DNA from: Octopus vulgaris
Lineage: Eukaryota
Reading direction: 5' to 3'
NCBI GenBank assembly: GCA_951406725.2
Contig: OX597821.1
Span: forward strand, 112,344,001-112,408,000
Length of the DNA stretch: 64,000 nt
The notes beneath the pieces were generated by a model. It worked only from the letters and a program-made list of their open reading frames with translations, ran no database searches and was not told the origin of the DNA. Below, piece after piece: positions 1-13,799 of the stretch (position 1 is the first letter of the stretch; every line of letters starts with the position of its first letter). A program made the position numbers and the translations under genes.

Positions 1-160
1 TTTTTATATATATATACATACATACATTTTATATATATATATATACATACATACATTTTATATATATATATACATACATACATTTTATATATATATATAC
101 ATACATACATTTTATATATATATATACATACATACATACATTTTATATATATATATATAG
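1..160. repeat. Compound microsatellite, ~26-30 bp unit TTTT(AT)n(ACAT)3
   Basis: Unit visibly repeated 5-6 times. Confidence 0.9.
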
Positions 161-570
161 TATATTCTCTCTCAGTTTAGCGTGCAACACACACATACAC
201 ACACACACCACAGTCTTTGCCATTTGACTTAAACACGATCCACATATTTTGGCGAGAATCTTTCAATTTTTTGTGTTTTTGTTTTTGTTTTCGTGTCTTG
301 CAATTACTAACACCATGTCAGGAAAAAATACAACCCACGAAAAAAAAAAAAAATAAATAAAAAGCAAAAAAACAAAACTAAAGCAACACATCAAAAAGAA
401 AAGAAAACGCTCGACCACAAAGACACAGTGAGGAAGAACGACTATCGATTGGCAACACATACTTGAATAATATATATATATATATATATAAAACAAAAAC
501 AAAAAACAAAGAGGGGAAGAAAATAATTAAAAAATTGATAAATAGAAAAAGAAAATGGAAATGAAACAAC

Positions 571-1250
<680 letters not shown>

Positions 1251-1899
1251 TAGTCATTTCGTTAATTAGATCTCTCTCTCCGAACAAGACAGCTTTACGA
1301 AGGATGCAGAACGACCAAGTCGAGTCTATTGTTGTTCTTTAAAGCCCCAACCACTACCACCACCACCACCACCACCACCACCACCATCATCAAATCAGCT
1401 TTGATTGACCAGCCAGATCTAATACATCAAAGACAATCCAGTCGTGTCCAACACGCCTCTCCATTCCGCCCCAGGTGTAACGTGCTCCATATTACGTCAT
1501 CACATCTAACCCTTCTTACCGTTCTTGTGTTTAACCATAATCTGATCTGTCATCTATTTGGCTGCTATTTCTAGCTGCTGGAACGAGTTGCCATGACACA
1601 TAAAAGAGCACCCGAACAAGTTAGAGACAACCTCTACGCTTTTCTTTTTCTTTTTTTTTTTCTTTTTTGCAATTTGGTAACCATGTAACCACCACTACCA
1701 ACAACAACAACAACATACTTTCAATGGCAAACTATAATATAGTTCATGTGTATACATGCACACACGTGTGTTTGTGTGTGTGTGTGTGTGTTTTCTCTTT
1801 TTGTATGAACCATCTTTACGTATCTCACGTCTGTTTTTATTCCCCCACTTCATTCATATCTTCTCTATAATAACTATTACTTAAACACTTTCTCACGCC

Positions 1900-1947
1900 G
1901 TCTCTGATGAAGGGATATATAACATATCCCGGAAACAGCTGTAAGGC
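1900..1947 (+). ncRNA. Minimal type I hammerhead ribozyme motif in a Penelope-like terminal-repeat remnant (~1840-2057)
   Basis: GTCT-CTGATGA-A-GGGATAT(ataac)ATATCCC-G-GAAA-CAGCTG-TA-AGGC: intact core, 7-bp stem II, palindromic stem III, GUA site and 4-bp stem I. Related copies at ~18655-18740 and ~38850-39090. Confidence 0.75.
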
Positions 1948-2054
1948 CTTCTCTTTATAAATGTTCTGAAAACTATTCACAGCCTTGGATTTCTTATCTG
2001 GATTTCTTATCTCATTCTGCTAAAATATTTTACTCACCCCAACTATTTTATTAA

Positions 2055-2327
<273 letters not shown>

Positions 2328-3347
2328 TTTTTTCTCAAAGACAGAAAAAAGCCCTTTTTACACTTGCCTGAAAACGTTTAAGAACTGAAAGCGCTTGCAC
2401 ATCTATAATAGTAAAGCTTACACACATTTTGTGAAATCTCTTCCCAAAAGGTTAGTGTCCTTCGACTTTCTAAAAAGGTTTTTTCTCAATCTTAACTCTG
2501 AGAAAAAATCTCTCCAAATATTGTAACTGTATCAAGGAATTTCCAAAAAACACACACGCTATATATATATATATATATATATTTTCCTACATATATACAC
2601 ACACATGCCTACACATAATGATCCCAGAAATGGAATTCAATGCATAATCAAAAGATTTATTTTCTTTCTCTTTCTCTCACTGCTTCCCCCACCCACCCAC
2701 CCACACATCTCCTTTGCACTTCCGTCCCAGAAACATTAGACTTCTGCAGACAGAATCCAACGGTTGCTTTAATCATGATTCAAGTAACAACCAACGTTTG
2801 CAATGGCGACAGCAGATCATGTATTTTATTCGTCTATATCGCCGACAGACTTTTCATAGTGTTGCTCAAAGCAAGAAAGAAAGAGAGAAAGAAAGAAAGA
2901 GGGAGAGAGAGACTGAGAGCCTTCTTGTAGAACAAGATTGTACAACTAGTTTGCAGGGTCGTGTTGTTATTTGAGAACTTCAACACTCACTCATTCGACA
3001 ATAATTCACCTAACCCCGTTTAGTTTTCAACTTAATGTTTTTTCTTCTCTTCCTTGCTACTTTCTTTCTTTTTTTTATTTGGTGGGTACTGTATAAATAG
3101 TTATACGAACAGACACACACATGTATATATTCATAAGGATTCATTAAGAATCGCGGCACTTCACCATATAAGACGCCATATTTATCTATCTTTCTAGCTA
3201 GCTAAACACATACACACATTTAGTGTTGCAGAGGGAAGGAGAATGAGAGACAGACAGACAGAGAAAGCATTCTCAGTCACAATTAGTAACAATTAGATTT
3301 TTAGCCTTTTGGTTTTAGATTGCATCTAATCAGCTTCGTTATTTGAT

Positions 3348-3497
3348 ACCGTGTGGTAAGAAGCTTGATTCCCAACCACATGGTTCCGGGTTCAGTCCCA
3401 CTGTGTGACACCTTGGGCAAGTGTCTTCTACTATAGCCTCGGGCCGACCAAAGCCTTATGAGTGGTTTTGGTAGCCGGAAACTGATAAAAGCACGTC

Positions 3498-3500
<3 letters not shown>
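3348..3500 (+). mobile_element. tRNA-derived SINE family A, 5' half
   Basis: GTGTGGTAAG...GGTTCAGTCCC A/B-box-like head, then CCTTGGGCAAG...; same sequence as the full copies at 29775 and 33945. Confidence 0.85.
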
Positions 3501-3540
<40 letters not shown>

Positions 3541-3547
3541 CATATAC

Positions 3548-3629
<82 letters not shown>

Positions 3630-3635
3630 ATATAC

Positions 3636-3760
<125 letters not shown>

Positions 3761-3761
3761 C

Positions 3762-3820
<59 letters not shown>

Positions 3821-3849
3821 TATATATATACATATACATATACATATAC

Positions 3850-3880
<31 letters not shown>

Positions 3881-3915
3881 CATATACATATACATATACA
3901 TATATATATATATAC

Positions 3916-3984
<69 letters not shown>

Positions 3985-3986
<2 letters not shown>

Positions 3987-4350
3987 GCTAAGCACTTCGT
4001 GCAACGTGCTAACGATTCTACCAGCTCGCCGCCTTAATAATAATAATCCTTTTCACTATGGGCACAAGGCCTGAAATTTCGGGGAAGGAGCGGGACGATT
4101 ACATCGACCCCGAAAGGATGAAAAGCAAAATGGACCTCGGCTAACGATTCTGCAAACTCGCCGCCTTAATGATTCTTTCTCCTGGAAGCACAAGAACTCA
4201 GATCTGGGGGAAGAGATTAAGTCGATTACATCAACCCTAGTGCGTAACTGGTACTTATTTAATCGACCCTCTCGGCGAAATTTGAACACAGATGAAACAC
4301 CGCTAAACATTTCGCCCGGCGTGCTAACGTTTCTGCCAGCTCGGCCCCCT
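3985..4350 (-). mobile_element. Nested fragments of SINE family B (Nin-domain-like)
   Basis: Three partial heads (GGCGGCGAGCTGG...) plus TTTCATCCTTTCGGGGTCGAT. Confidence 0.75.
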
Positions 4351-4391
4351 GATAATGATGATGATGATAATAATAATGATAATAATAATAA

Positions 4392-4610
4392 TCGTCTGAC
4401 GTCCGCTTTCCATGCTAGCATGTGTTGGACGATTTTTGACTGAGGGCTGGCGAACCAGATGGTCGCACCAGGCTCCAACCTTGATCTGGTAGTGTTTTTA
4501 CAGCTGGATGCCCTTCCTAACGCCAACCACTCCGAGAGTGTAGTGGGTGCCTTTTACGTGCCACCGGCACGGTGTCCAGTCAGGCGGTACTGGCAATGAC
4601 CTGGCTCGAA
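4392..4610 (-). mobile_element. SINE family D, 3' part (probably RTE-dependent)
   Basis: GGTTGGCGTTAGGAAGGGCATCCAGCTGTA...CATGCTAGCATGGAAAGCGGACGT tail; diverged relatives at ~5215-5340 and ~17195-17340. The RTE link is inference. Confidence 0.6.
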
Positions 4611-4773
4611 TAATAATAATAACAACAACAACTACAAGTCTTTCTGTTATAAGCACAAGGCCGGAAGAAATATCACCTAACATTTCATCCGACTGGCTAA
4701 CTGATGCTAACCAGCTCGCTAGCTTCTGTACACCCGTAATAATTGCTATTGTTGTTATTGATCGACCAGACAA

Positions 4774-5118
4774 GTGATACGCAGGTATTCGGCCACATGA
4801 ACACGCATGCGCGACTCACGGAGTACGCTGTCCCAGATGCAGATGTCTCAGTGTGTCCTTGAGACACGCTTTATAGGTTATAGTCAAGCATGGCTGGGTT
4901 TAAACTATAGTTTCCAATTGTATCGATTACAGCATAAACAATCACGTACAGGTATCGATATAGCTAAACAGTTTTAACCATATCTACGCATTTTATTGAT
5001 TTCCGGGAAGAACGATGACGCATCTTCCTATCGTGTTTGTTAGAGCTTCCGAGACATTTGCAATTTGCTTAGCCGGGTTAAGGACGGCCGTTATAGGACA
5101 TCTATTTTCGTGATCACA
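4774..5118 (-). mobile_element. Possible solo LTR or small inverted-end element
   Basis: Unique ~345 bp bounded by GTGATACG...CGTGATCACA (imperfect inverted ends), with AATAAA on the minus strand at ~4995. Confidence 0.25.
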
Positions 5119-5859
5119 CACACACACACAGTGTATACGTGTAATACTGCAAAAGTGATTAATATATACACATACAGACGCAAACACTGACACACAGCAT
5201 AATCATCACCATCACCATCATCATTTTAAAGACCACATCTCCATGCTTGCATGGATCGGACGGAATTTGTTGAGGCCGAATTACAACGACTGGATGCTTT
5301 TCTTGTCGCCAACCGTCGCCTGTTTTCAAGCGAGGCAATATTTTAACGTGGCCGTAAACATTTTTACACGGAAGACTGGAAACAAACGACACCGCTTCTA
5401 TGACAATCGTTTACGACTGTCAGCGTCAGGTAATGACAAGACAGGGAGACACAAACACACATATGTATGAATATGTATATATACAAGTGTAACTGCCCGA
5501 AATAGTTGTGACTTCTGGGACTTGACTGATGAAAGAAAGCCAAGAATGAGCCGTCTTTTATTTTGCCTGTCCTTCTAATTGTTGTTTCTCTTGTGTCCGC
5601 CTTTGTATCGTCTACCTGTCCGAACGTTTTAATGCGTTTTTATTCCATGCATGCATGCATGCATGCATGCATGCATGCATGTATGTATGTATGTATGTAT
5701 GCATGTATGTATGTATGTATGTATGTATGTATGTATGTATGTATGTATGTATGTATGTATGTATGTATACATACATACAGAGACACAGAGAGAGATTACA
5801 TCATAACATATACTCCATCATCCTCAGGTAAAATTTTAAACAGATAAGACACGCACACA

Positions 5860-6018
5860 CAAAAGGCTTCTTTGAGTTTCCGTCTAACAAATCCAGTCGC
5901 ATGATTTCGGTCGGCCCGGGGCTATAGAAGACAATTACCCCAGGTGCCACGCGGTAGGACTGAACCAGAAAACTCTATAGCTGGGAAACGAACTTCTTAA
6001 CCACAAAGCAATGCCTAC
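5860..6018 (-). mobile_element. SINE family A, 5' half, diverged
   Basis: Similar to 29775-30198. Confidence 0.75.
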
Positions 6019-6028
6019 CACACACACA

Positions 6029-6086
<58 letters not shown>

Positions 6087-6249
6087 TAAAGCTTGAACGA
6101 GCCGGGTTCAAGCTGTTAAAGGCCGGCGAAACCGAGCCGCATTGAGTCGAATCAAACTGTTTTAAAAGGGGAAGAGGAGGAGAAGAAGAAGAAGAAGAAG
6201 AAGAAGAAGAAGAAGAAGAAGAAGAAGAAGAAGAAGAAGAAGAAGAAGA

Positions 6250-6750
6250 ATATGGTATAAAAGATGGGCTACAGTAAATATTCTGCTCAATACCACAGAT
6301 TTGCTTGTCAGTTGTTTGACCTTAACTAGTTGAGCATGTCCCTTGGTGGCTCACGATATGTGCATCTCTGATCACGAGCAGAAGTAGTGGAGCGGATGGG
6401 GGGGTGGGGGTGGCAACATGGCCATGAGTTGAGAGGAAATTCTTTGGGGTTTGAATAATTCATTTCTGGAAACATGGGTGTTTCGTTCAACATCCTTAAG
6501 CCCTTAATTCAGGCACCTTATGAGCCGGATGGGCTACTCGAGCTGAAGAAAATTCTAATTGGGCCCCACCTGCAAAGTCATACGCCGTTTATCTTGATAT
6601 GATATCACCATGTTGTGCACATATATGGTTGTGATGCATGTTGCCTGGTGTACCCTTATCAGACGGGTAGTCATAATGGGTATATTGGGCTTCGTATATT
6701 TGTACCCCAGTGTCACTTTGATGACATGCACTGCCCTCTAACTCAATATC
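6250..6750 (+). mobile_element. Dispersed repeat, probable 3' end/UTR of a (TAA)n-associated non-LTR retrotransposon
   Basis: Reverse-complement copies at 47821-47972 and 58376-58775. All three share the same end (CACTGC[T/C]CTCT[C/A]ACTCAAT) next to AAT-type repeats and are variably 5'-truncated. Confidence 0.65.
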
Positions 6751-6780
6751 AATAACAACAACAACAACAATAATAATAAT

Positions 6781-6950
6781 AATCCCTTCTACAAAAGGCA
6801 CAAGTCCTGAAATTTGGGGGGACGGGACTAATCGATTAGATCGATCTCACTATTTCACTAGTAGTCAATTGATCGACCCCGAGAGGATGAAAGGCAAAGT
6901 CGACCTCGGCGGAATTTGAACTCAGAACGTAGCGACGGGCGAAACACCGA
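6781..6950 (-). mobile_element. SINE family B, tail type 2
   Basis: Nin-like core, then TTTCAGGACTTGTGCCTTTTGTAGAAGGGATT(ATT)n. Confidence 0.8.
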
Positions 6951-7224
6951 TGTATGCACGCATGCTTCTAAATCCTTTTATATAATTTTGAACTATAACA
7001 AGGGCTATATATCACAAACAGGTCTCCGTTAGTGTGTATTAATTAATATCCGTAAACATGTCTCTATACATATATATACGCACATGCTTTAACACGTGTT
7101 AGCCCCAAGACAAATCCCGAACAAGCAAAACCCACGTCATCAAAATGATTCCAGCCGTTGCGATACCGTATATAGAACTACATAACCTACGATCACATTG
7201 TGCCCCTATTTAAAACAGTAGAGA

Positions 7225-8950
7225 TCTTGCTGATATTTCTAAAACCCCAAGTAACCACATAGATGGCACTTCGTTGGCGAAAAGGCGCGACTTGAGAGCG
7301 ATTTAGCTCTTATTTCTAAAACTGCAGAGACGGCGTATGATTCCACGCTGACGATAAGAAACAATTTGAGGGAGATTTGACTGCTATCTTTAAAAGCTCC
7401 AACAACTACGTACAAGGTACTTCGTTGAAGCCAAGGTATGACTCGAAGGAGAATTGGCTGCTATTTCTAAAATCTCCAGCGTCCACGTAGATGGTTCCTC
7501 ATAGATGACGTAGATTTGGCTGCTATTTCTAAAAGAGATAGCAACCATGCACAAGGTTCCTTCCAGACACTTTGAAGATTTGGTTGCTATTTTTAATTAT
7601 TCCAGCGAGCATGTACATAGTTCCGTGTTGACAATTTGAGGGAGATTTAGCTGCTATTTCTAAAACCTTCAACAACCACGAAGATGACTCCTAGTTGAAG
7701 GTAAAATGCAATGAGGGATATTAGACTGCTATTTCCAGTTGCTCCAGCGACCACATAGAACAGCTCTGACATTTCACGATTTGAAGGAGATTTAGCTGCT
7801 ATTTCTAAAACCTCCAACAACCCCGATGATTCCTAGTTGAAGGTAAAATGCAATGAAGGATATTTGACTGCTATTTCCAATAGCTCCAGCAACCACATAA
7901 GCACCGCTTTGACGGTGATTTAGCTGTTATTTCTAAAACCTCCAACAACCCCGATGATTCCTAGTTGAAGGTAAAATGCAATGAAGGATATTTGACTGCT
8001 ATTTCCAATAGCTCCAGCAACCACATAAGCACCGCTTTGACGGTGATTTAGCTGTTATTTCTAAAACCTCCAACAACCCCGATGATTCCTAGTTGAAGGT
8101 AAAATGCAATGAAGGATATTTGACTGCTATTTCCAATAGCTCCAGCAACCACATAAGCACCGCTTTGACGGTGATTTAGCTGTTATTTCTAAAACCTCCA
8201 ACAACCCCGATGATTCCTAGTTGAAGGTAAAATGCAATGAAGGATATTTGACTGCTATTTCCAATAGCTCCAGCAACCACATAAGCACCGCTTTGACGGT
8301 GATTTAGCTGTTATTTCTAAAACCTCCAACAACCCCGATGATTCCTAGTTGAAGGTAAAATGCAATGAAGGATATTTGACTGCTATTTCCAATAGCTCCA
8401 GCAACCACATAAGCACCGCTTTGACGGTGATTTAGCTGTTATTTCTAAAACCTCCAACAACCCCGATGATTCTAGTTGAAGGTAAAATGCAATGAAGGAT
8501 ATTTGACTGCTATTTCCAATAGCTCCAGCAACCACATAAGCACCGCTTTGACGGTGATTTAGCTGTTATTTCTAAAACCTCCAACAACCCCGATGATTCC
8601 TAGTTGAAGGTAAAATGCAATGAAGGATATTTGACTGCTATTTCCAATAGCTCCAGCAACCACATAAGCACCGCTTTGACGGTGATTTAGCTGTTATTTC
8701 TAAAACCTCCAACAACCCCGATGATTCCTAGTTGAAGGTAAAATGCAATTAAGGATATTTGACTGCTATTTCCAGTTGCTCCAGAGACCACATAGCACCG
8801 CTTTGACGTTCACACGATTTGATGGAGATTTAGCTGCTATTTCTAAAACCTCCAACAACCACGTAGACGGTCCCTCGTTGAAGCTGACATTAAGCCGGGA
8901 TTTGACGAAGACCCGGCTACAATTTTTTCCCAGCAGGTCTGGCAACAAGC
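7225..8950. repeat. Minisatellite: ~8 near-identical 128-bp dimeric units flanked by diverged ~60-70-bp monomers
   Basis: Unit starts GATTTAGCTG at 7789, 7917, 8045, 8173, 8301, 8429, 8556 and 8684. Confidence 0.92.
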
Positions 8951-9548
8951 ATAGAAAGAAAGCGACGAACAGCCTCTTCTCTTCGTCTTCCTTTAAAAAC
9001 AAACAACAACACCCAAAATGAGTCAGTCGGAATCAATTTATTTTGTTAGACCTGGCTTTGACTGGCGGACACTTAACACTAGCTGCAAAGATCCATCAGA
9101 TCCTCTTTTACAAATACACCAACAGGCTATCGATCCTTTTAACTACATGTTAGCAATGTTTATCGATTTTTTTTTTCTTACACGGGAATAGTAATCAAGC
9201 GATTAACAACAACACCAAGTCGAGTCTTATTGCTATTCTCTTAACACTGCCATCCACCACCACCACCACAACCACCACCACCATCGCCACCAATAATAAG
9301 CCTTTCTCTCTCGGCCTTAATTCTTACGCTTTTTCTTTTTTCTATTTCTCCGCCTCTACGTCGTTCTCACGCCCTTTCTTACCACACATCTTAAGATTCT
9401 ACTTCAATGCCGAACCAAAATCGTTCAGCGTTTTCAACGTACCAACAACGCAGGTGCAACTTCTTTACGCGGTCATTTGAGCAACTAGAAATAGCAGCCA
9501 AACACGCCTCTTAAATCACACTCTTACAATAATAATAATAATAATAAT

Positions 9549-9780
9549 TCTTTCTTTACTGCCCACATGGGGCTACACACAGAGGGGACAAACAAGGACA
9601 GACAAACGGATTAAGTCGTTTACATCGACCCTAGTGCGTAACTGGTACTTAATTTATCGACCCCGAAAGGATGAAAGGCAAAGTCGACCTCGGCGGAATT
9701 TGAACTCAGAACATTGCAGCAGACGAAATACTGCTACGCATTTCGCCCGTATTTGCGTAGCCGTATTTCGTCTGCCGCAA
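9549..9780 (-). mobile_element. SINE family B, tail type 1
   Basis: GAGTTCAAATTCC B-box, GTCGACTTTGCCTTTCATCCTTTCGGGGTCGATAAATTAAGTACC core, tail ending GTGGGCAGTAAAGAAA. Confidence 0.85.
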
Positions 9781-9796
9781 TAATAATAATAATAAT

Positions 9797-10266
9797 GCTC
9801 TTTTACTTGTTTCAGTCATTTGACTGCGGCCATGCTGGAGCACCGCCTTTAGTCGAGCAAATCGACACCCAGGACTTATCCTTTGTAAGCCTAGTACTTA
9901 TTCCATCGGTCGCTTTTGCTGAACCGCTAAGTTAAGGGGACTTAAACACACCAGCATCGGTTGTCAAGCAATGTTGGGGGACAAACACAGACACACAAAC
10001 ACACATATACATATATACGATGGGCTTCTTTCAGTTTCCGTCTGCCAAATCCACTCACAAGGCTTTGGTCGGCCCGAGGCTATAGTAGAAGACACTTGCT
10101 CAAGGTGCCACGCAGTGGGACTGAACCCGGAACCATGTGGTTGGTAAGCAAGCTACTTTATTTCATAAAGATTTGCCATAGAAGCATTACAAAGAGTAAC
10201 TTGCTGGCTAGACATAGACATTAATGAAGCAGATGATTATAACCACACAGCCACTCCTGCGCCTAT
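9797..10266 (-). mobile_element. SINE family A, full length, with an extra ~80-bp segment in the head
   Basis: Matches 29775-30198 except for an insert at ~10158-10240. Confidence 0.88.
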
Positions 10267-10268
10267 AA

Positions 10269-10309
<41 letters not shown>

Positions 10310-10334
10310 ATAATAATAGTAATAATAATAATAA

Positions 10335-10950
10335 TTTTGGCACAAGGCTAGCAAGTTTGAGGTGGGTATAAGTGGATTACATCAACTCCAGTGCATAAAC
10401 GGTACTTATTTTATTTACCCTGATAAGACGAAAGGCAAAATCGACCTCGGCGGAATTTGAACTCAGAACGTAAAAACGGCCGAAAAGTCACTATGCGTCT
10501 TAACGATTCTGCCATGTCACCACCCTAATAATAATATTTTCAACTAAAGGCACAAGGCCTGAATTTTTTTTTTTTTTTCTTTTTTGTGGGGAGGGGACCA
10601 GTCGATTACATTGACTCCAGTGTTTCACTGGTGCTTATTTTATCGACCCCGAAAAAATGAAAGACAAAGTCGACCTCGGCTGAATTTGAACTCAACGTAA
10701 GGACGGGAGAAATGCTAAGCGGCATTTCGCCCGGCGTGCTAACGATTCTTATTTCTTTACTGCCCACAAGGGGCTACACACAGAGGGGACAAACAAGGAC
10801 AGACAAACGGATTTAAGTCGATTACATCGACCTCAGTGCGTAACAGGTACTTAATTTATCGACCCCGAAAGGATGAAAGGCAAAGTCGACCTCGGTGGAA
10901 TTTGAACTCAGAACGTAGCGACAGACGAAATACTGCTGAGCATTTCGACC
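10335..10950 (-). mobile_element. Three consecutive SINE family B copies
   Basis: Core repeated at ~10420, ~10650 and ~10865; both tail types present. Confidence 0.85.
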
Positions 10951-11909
10951 TCGGAAAGTATATAACAGTAAAAAGAAAGAGAGGGAAATGAGGACGATAG
11001 TGTTACGAGAGGACCTCAAGGAATAATCGAAGAACCTAACCGTTCAAGATCTCCCTGAACACCAAGGGCAAGCGACCTCTCCAATTCCTTTTCTCTGACT
11101 CAGAGGTCTACACTTAGGGCCGTACCAGCCACTCTTGTCATCTTCGCAACTTTCACTCACCTTTCAATAAATTTACTCGAGGACAGCACCTCTTTCTCCG
11201 CCCACACTCTCGTCTTCAAGTGAAACTTGAAAAAAAAAAAAAAAAACGATGAGGGCTCTACCAGAGAAGAACGTCTCTGTCCTCATGCCTCCCGACCTCG
11301 TCCACCAGACGACCTCTTTTGCCACAGCCACCAAGCAATGGAAAACTGCCTTACCAGCCCAATTAAAAGGAAGGCGGTCGGGCAATCTTCACTATGGACT
11401 CGGCGAACAGACGGATGTCCCACACCGGCAGCAGCTGTTCGACGTAAGTCCACGAGTCAGCAGTGCCTGGACGTTGAACGAGTGCGTGCAGACCCCCGCC
11501 CTGGTAGCACTGCCAGGCCAAGGACAAATGAAAATTTATCCTTGGTAGACACCGACAGGAACTTCCTCCGAAACAGACTAACCAGTTCGCTTTCGTCGAT
11601 GGCCAGAGTCTCCACGAGAACGTCGCACTGTCCCGTCACCAATCCTCTATACGTTGCTAAAGTGGAACATCCACCGATCCGAGAGGGCTATGAGCGCCTG
11701 ACGATATACGCCAGATGCCAGACACCCCTGACCCGGACTTTCCTGCATTCAGGACTGCAGCTCCGTCAAGGAGACTAGCTGCGAAAAGACGTACCTTACA
11801 AACGGAGCCCACACACGTTCACCGTTCAGAAATAGTTGTGGGTGGCGCAACCTGAGCGCGTTTCTGCGCATTACAAGCCACATGTATACATATATATATA
11901 TATATATAT

Positions 11910-12220
11910 AGGTGCGTGGCTCGGTATGTAGGGTATTTAGTTTACAATCAATTCCCAGCGACGCGTTCTGTCCTTGAGCAAGACACTTTATTTTCACGTT
12001 GCTCCAATCCACTCAGTTGGCAAAAATGAGTTGTACCTGTAATTTCAAAGGGGCCAACCTTGTCACATCCTGTGTTATGCTGAATCTCCCTGAGAACTAC
12101 ATTAAAGGTACGCATGTCTGTGGTGTACTCAGCCACTTATACATTAATGTCACGCGCAGAGTGCTCCATTGATCGGATCAACTGGAACACGCACCGTCGT
12201 AAGCGACGGAATGCCAATTA
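11910..12220 (+). mobile_element. CORE-type tRNA SINE (family E)
   Basis: Degenerate head followed by GTCCTTGAGCAAGACACTTTA...GCTCCAATCCACTCAG...AAAATGAG, resembling the CORE domain; related head at ~14900-15020 (-). Confidence 0.6.
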
Positions 12221-12242
12221 CACACACACACACACACACACA

Positions 12243-12486
12243 TATATATTAAAAATGGGGAAGGCCGGTTTATGAGATTACCATAGGTTTCCCGTCCATA
12301 AAGGGTTTTAGCTTTATGGCGTATCGTCAGATCCCAAAAAACCTGTTGGCCCATAACCTCTTAAAATATGGAGATCATGGGCCAATAGGTTTTTGGGATC
12401 CTACGATACACCATAAAGCTAAACCCTTTATGGACGGGAAACCTAAGGTAATCCCATAAACCAGCCTTCCCCATTTTTAATATATA
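12243..12486. mobile_element. Palindromic PLE-type remnant with a hammerhead motif in each arm
   Basis: ~118-bp imperfect inverted arms around a ~10-bp spacer, flanked by TA repeats. Confidence 0.7.
12273..12336 (-). ncRNA. Type I hammerhead ribozyme motif
   Basis: TGGGAT-CTGACGA-TACG-CCATAAAG(ctaaaacc)CTTTATGG-ACGG-GAAA-CCTATGG-TA-ATCTCA. The plus-strand twin at 12394-12456 has a mutated core (CCTACGA). Confidence 0.65.
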
Positions 12487-12825
12487 CTCTCTACATCTTA
12501 GAGTGTGCTTCTTTCGGATTTATGTTTTCTACATATAATATATCAATATATATATATATAATTATCGAGTGGGAAAACAGAGATTTAATGGATAGAAATT
12601 AATTCATTAATAACATATTCATCTACAATTGTCTCATTTCACAACCAAAATTAAATCTACAATAAATATATAATTTATATAATATATAAATATATAATTT
12701 TGCATTTTAAAATACCTTGGATAGAAAATCATCAGGGTGTTCAAAGGACACTATAAGGAATACTTTTTGATCCGTTATTCAGAATATATAGTCATGGTTA
12801 TTATGTATGTATATATATGTGCCTC

Positions 12826-12908
<83 letters not shown>

Positions 12909-13533
12909 TATTTATATCATTATTTAATTGAACGTCATGCATCTATTTCCAAGTAAGCTTATCTTAACCTTTTTGATGTGACTCTACTCTATACTGTTGT
13001 CTCCCCTGTCCTCTCTAACTCCCTTTTGTCCCTTTCACCGTTTTCTATCTGTCTCTCCCTTTCTATTTCTCTCTCTCTCTCTCTCTCGTTGCTCATACGT
13101 GACCACCGTCCACCTTTCTTTCCTGCACGGACGTTCTAAGACTGGACGTCTCCTATCTCTCTATTCTATCTTTTCTCTTTTCAAAGAAAATATTTTTCTC
13201 AATGTTCACTATTTTCCCCTCACTCAGGGCGAACGACCATCCATGGTTGTTTTCGTTCAGTTTCCTTGTATGTCTCCACTGCCCTGCTTTTGTTCCTAAC
13301 TTTGACCTTCCATAAATCCAAAATTTTGTTTTGGTATTTAGGGGAGCAACTGTCTTCCAAGACTCATATTGTCTCGTTGATCGCTCGAAATGAAGAGTAA
13401 GTAGGTAGACAGCCGACAACTGATGAAGGATCATTCTTTGTATTATTTGTCCCTTTTTTCCTTCCCGTTATTTGCGTAGTTCACTCATTTATTTTCGTAT
13501 TTCATGTTGTTGGTGACGTCCTGTACCTATACA

Positions 13534-13594
<61 letters not shown>

Positions 13595-13799
13595 AGAGAG
13601 GGTACGTACGCCGCTATATATATATATAGAAATACAAACTGGGACAAGAACGCAAAACATTTAGAAGCCGATGCAAAATACACGGACGGGACATTCGAAG
13701 CCTTCAATCTTCAGTCAAGAACCGGATCATCCTCGCTATTTCGGCTGATTAATCTTGAGATTGCTCCGATCTGGCCAGCCTCAAGGAAATAGAAAATTA

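Noticed and set aside
7225-8950. CRISPR-like pattern of a conserved ~20-bp motif with spacers
   Set aside because: Spacers are homologous or identical, there are no cas genes and the context is eukaryotic; it is a minisatellite.
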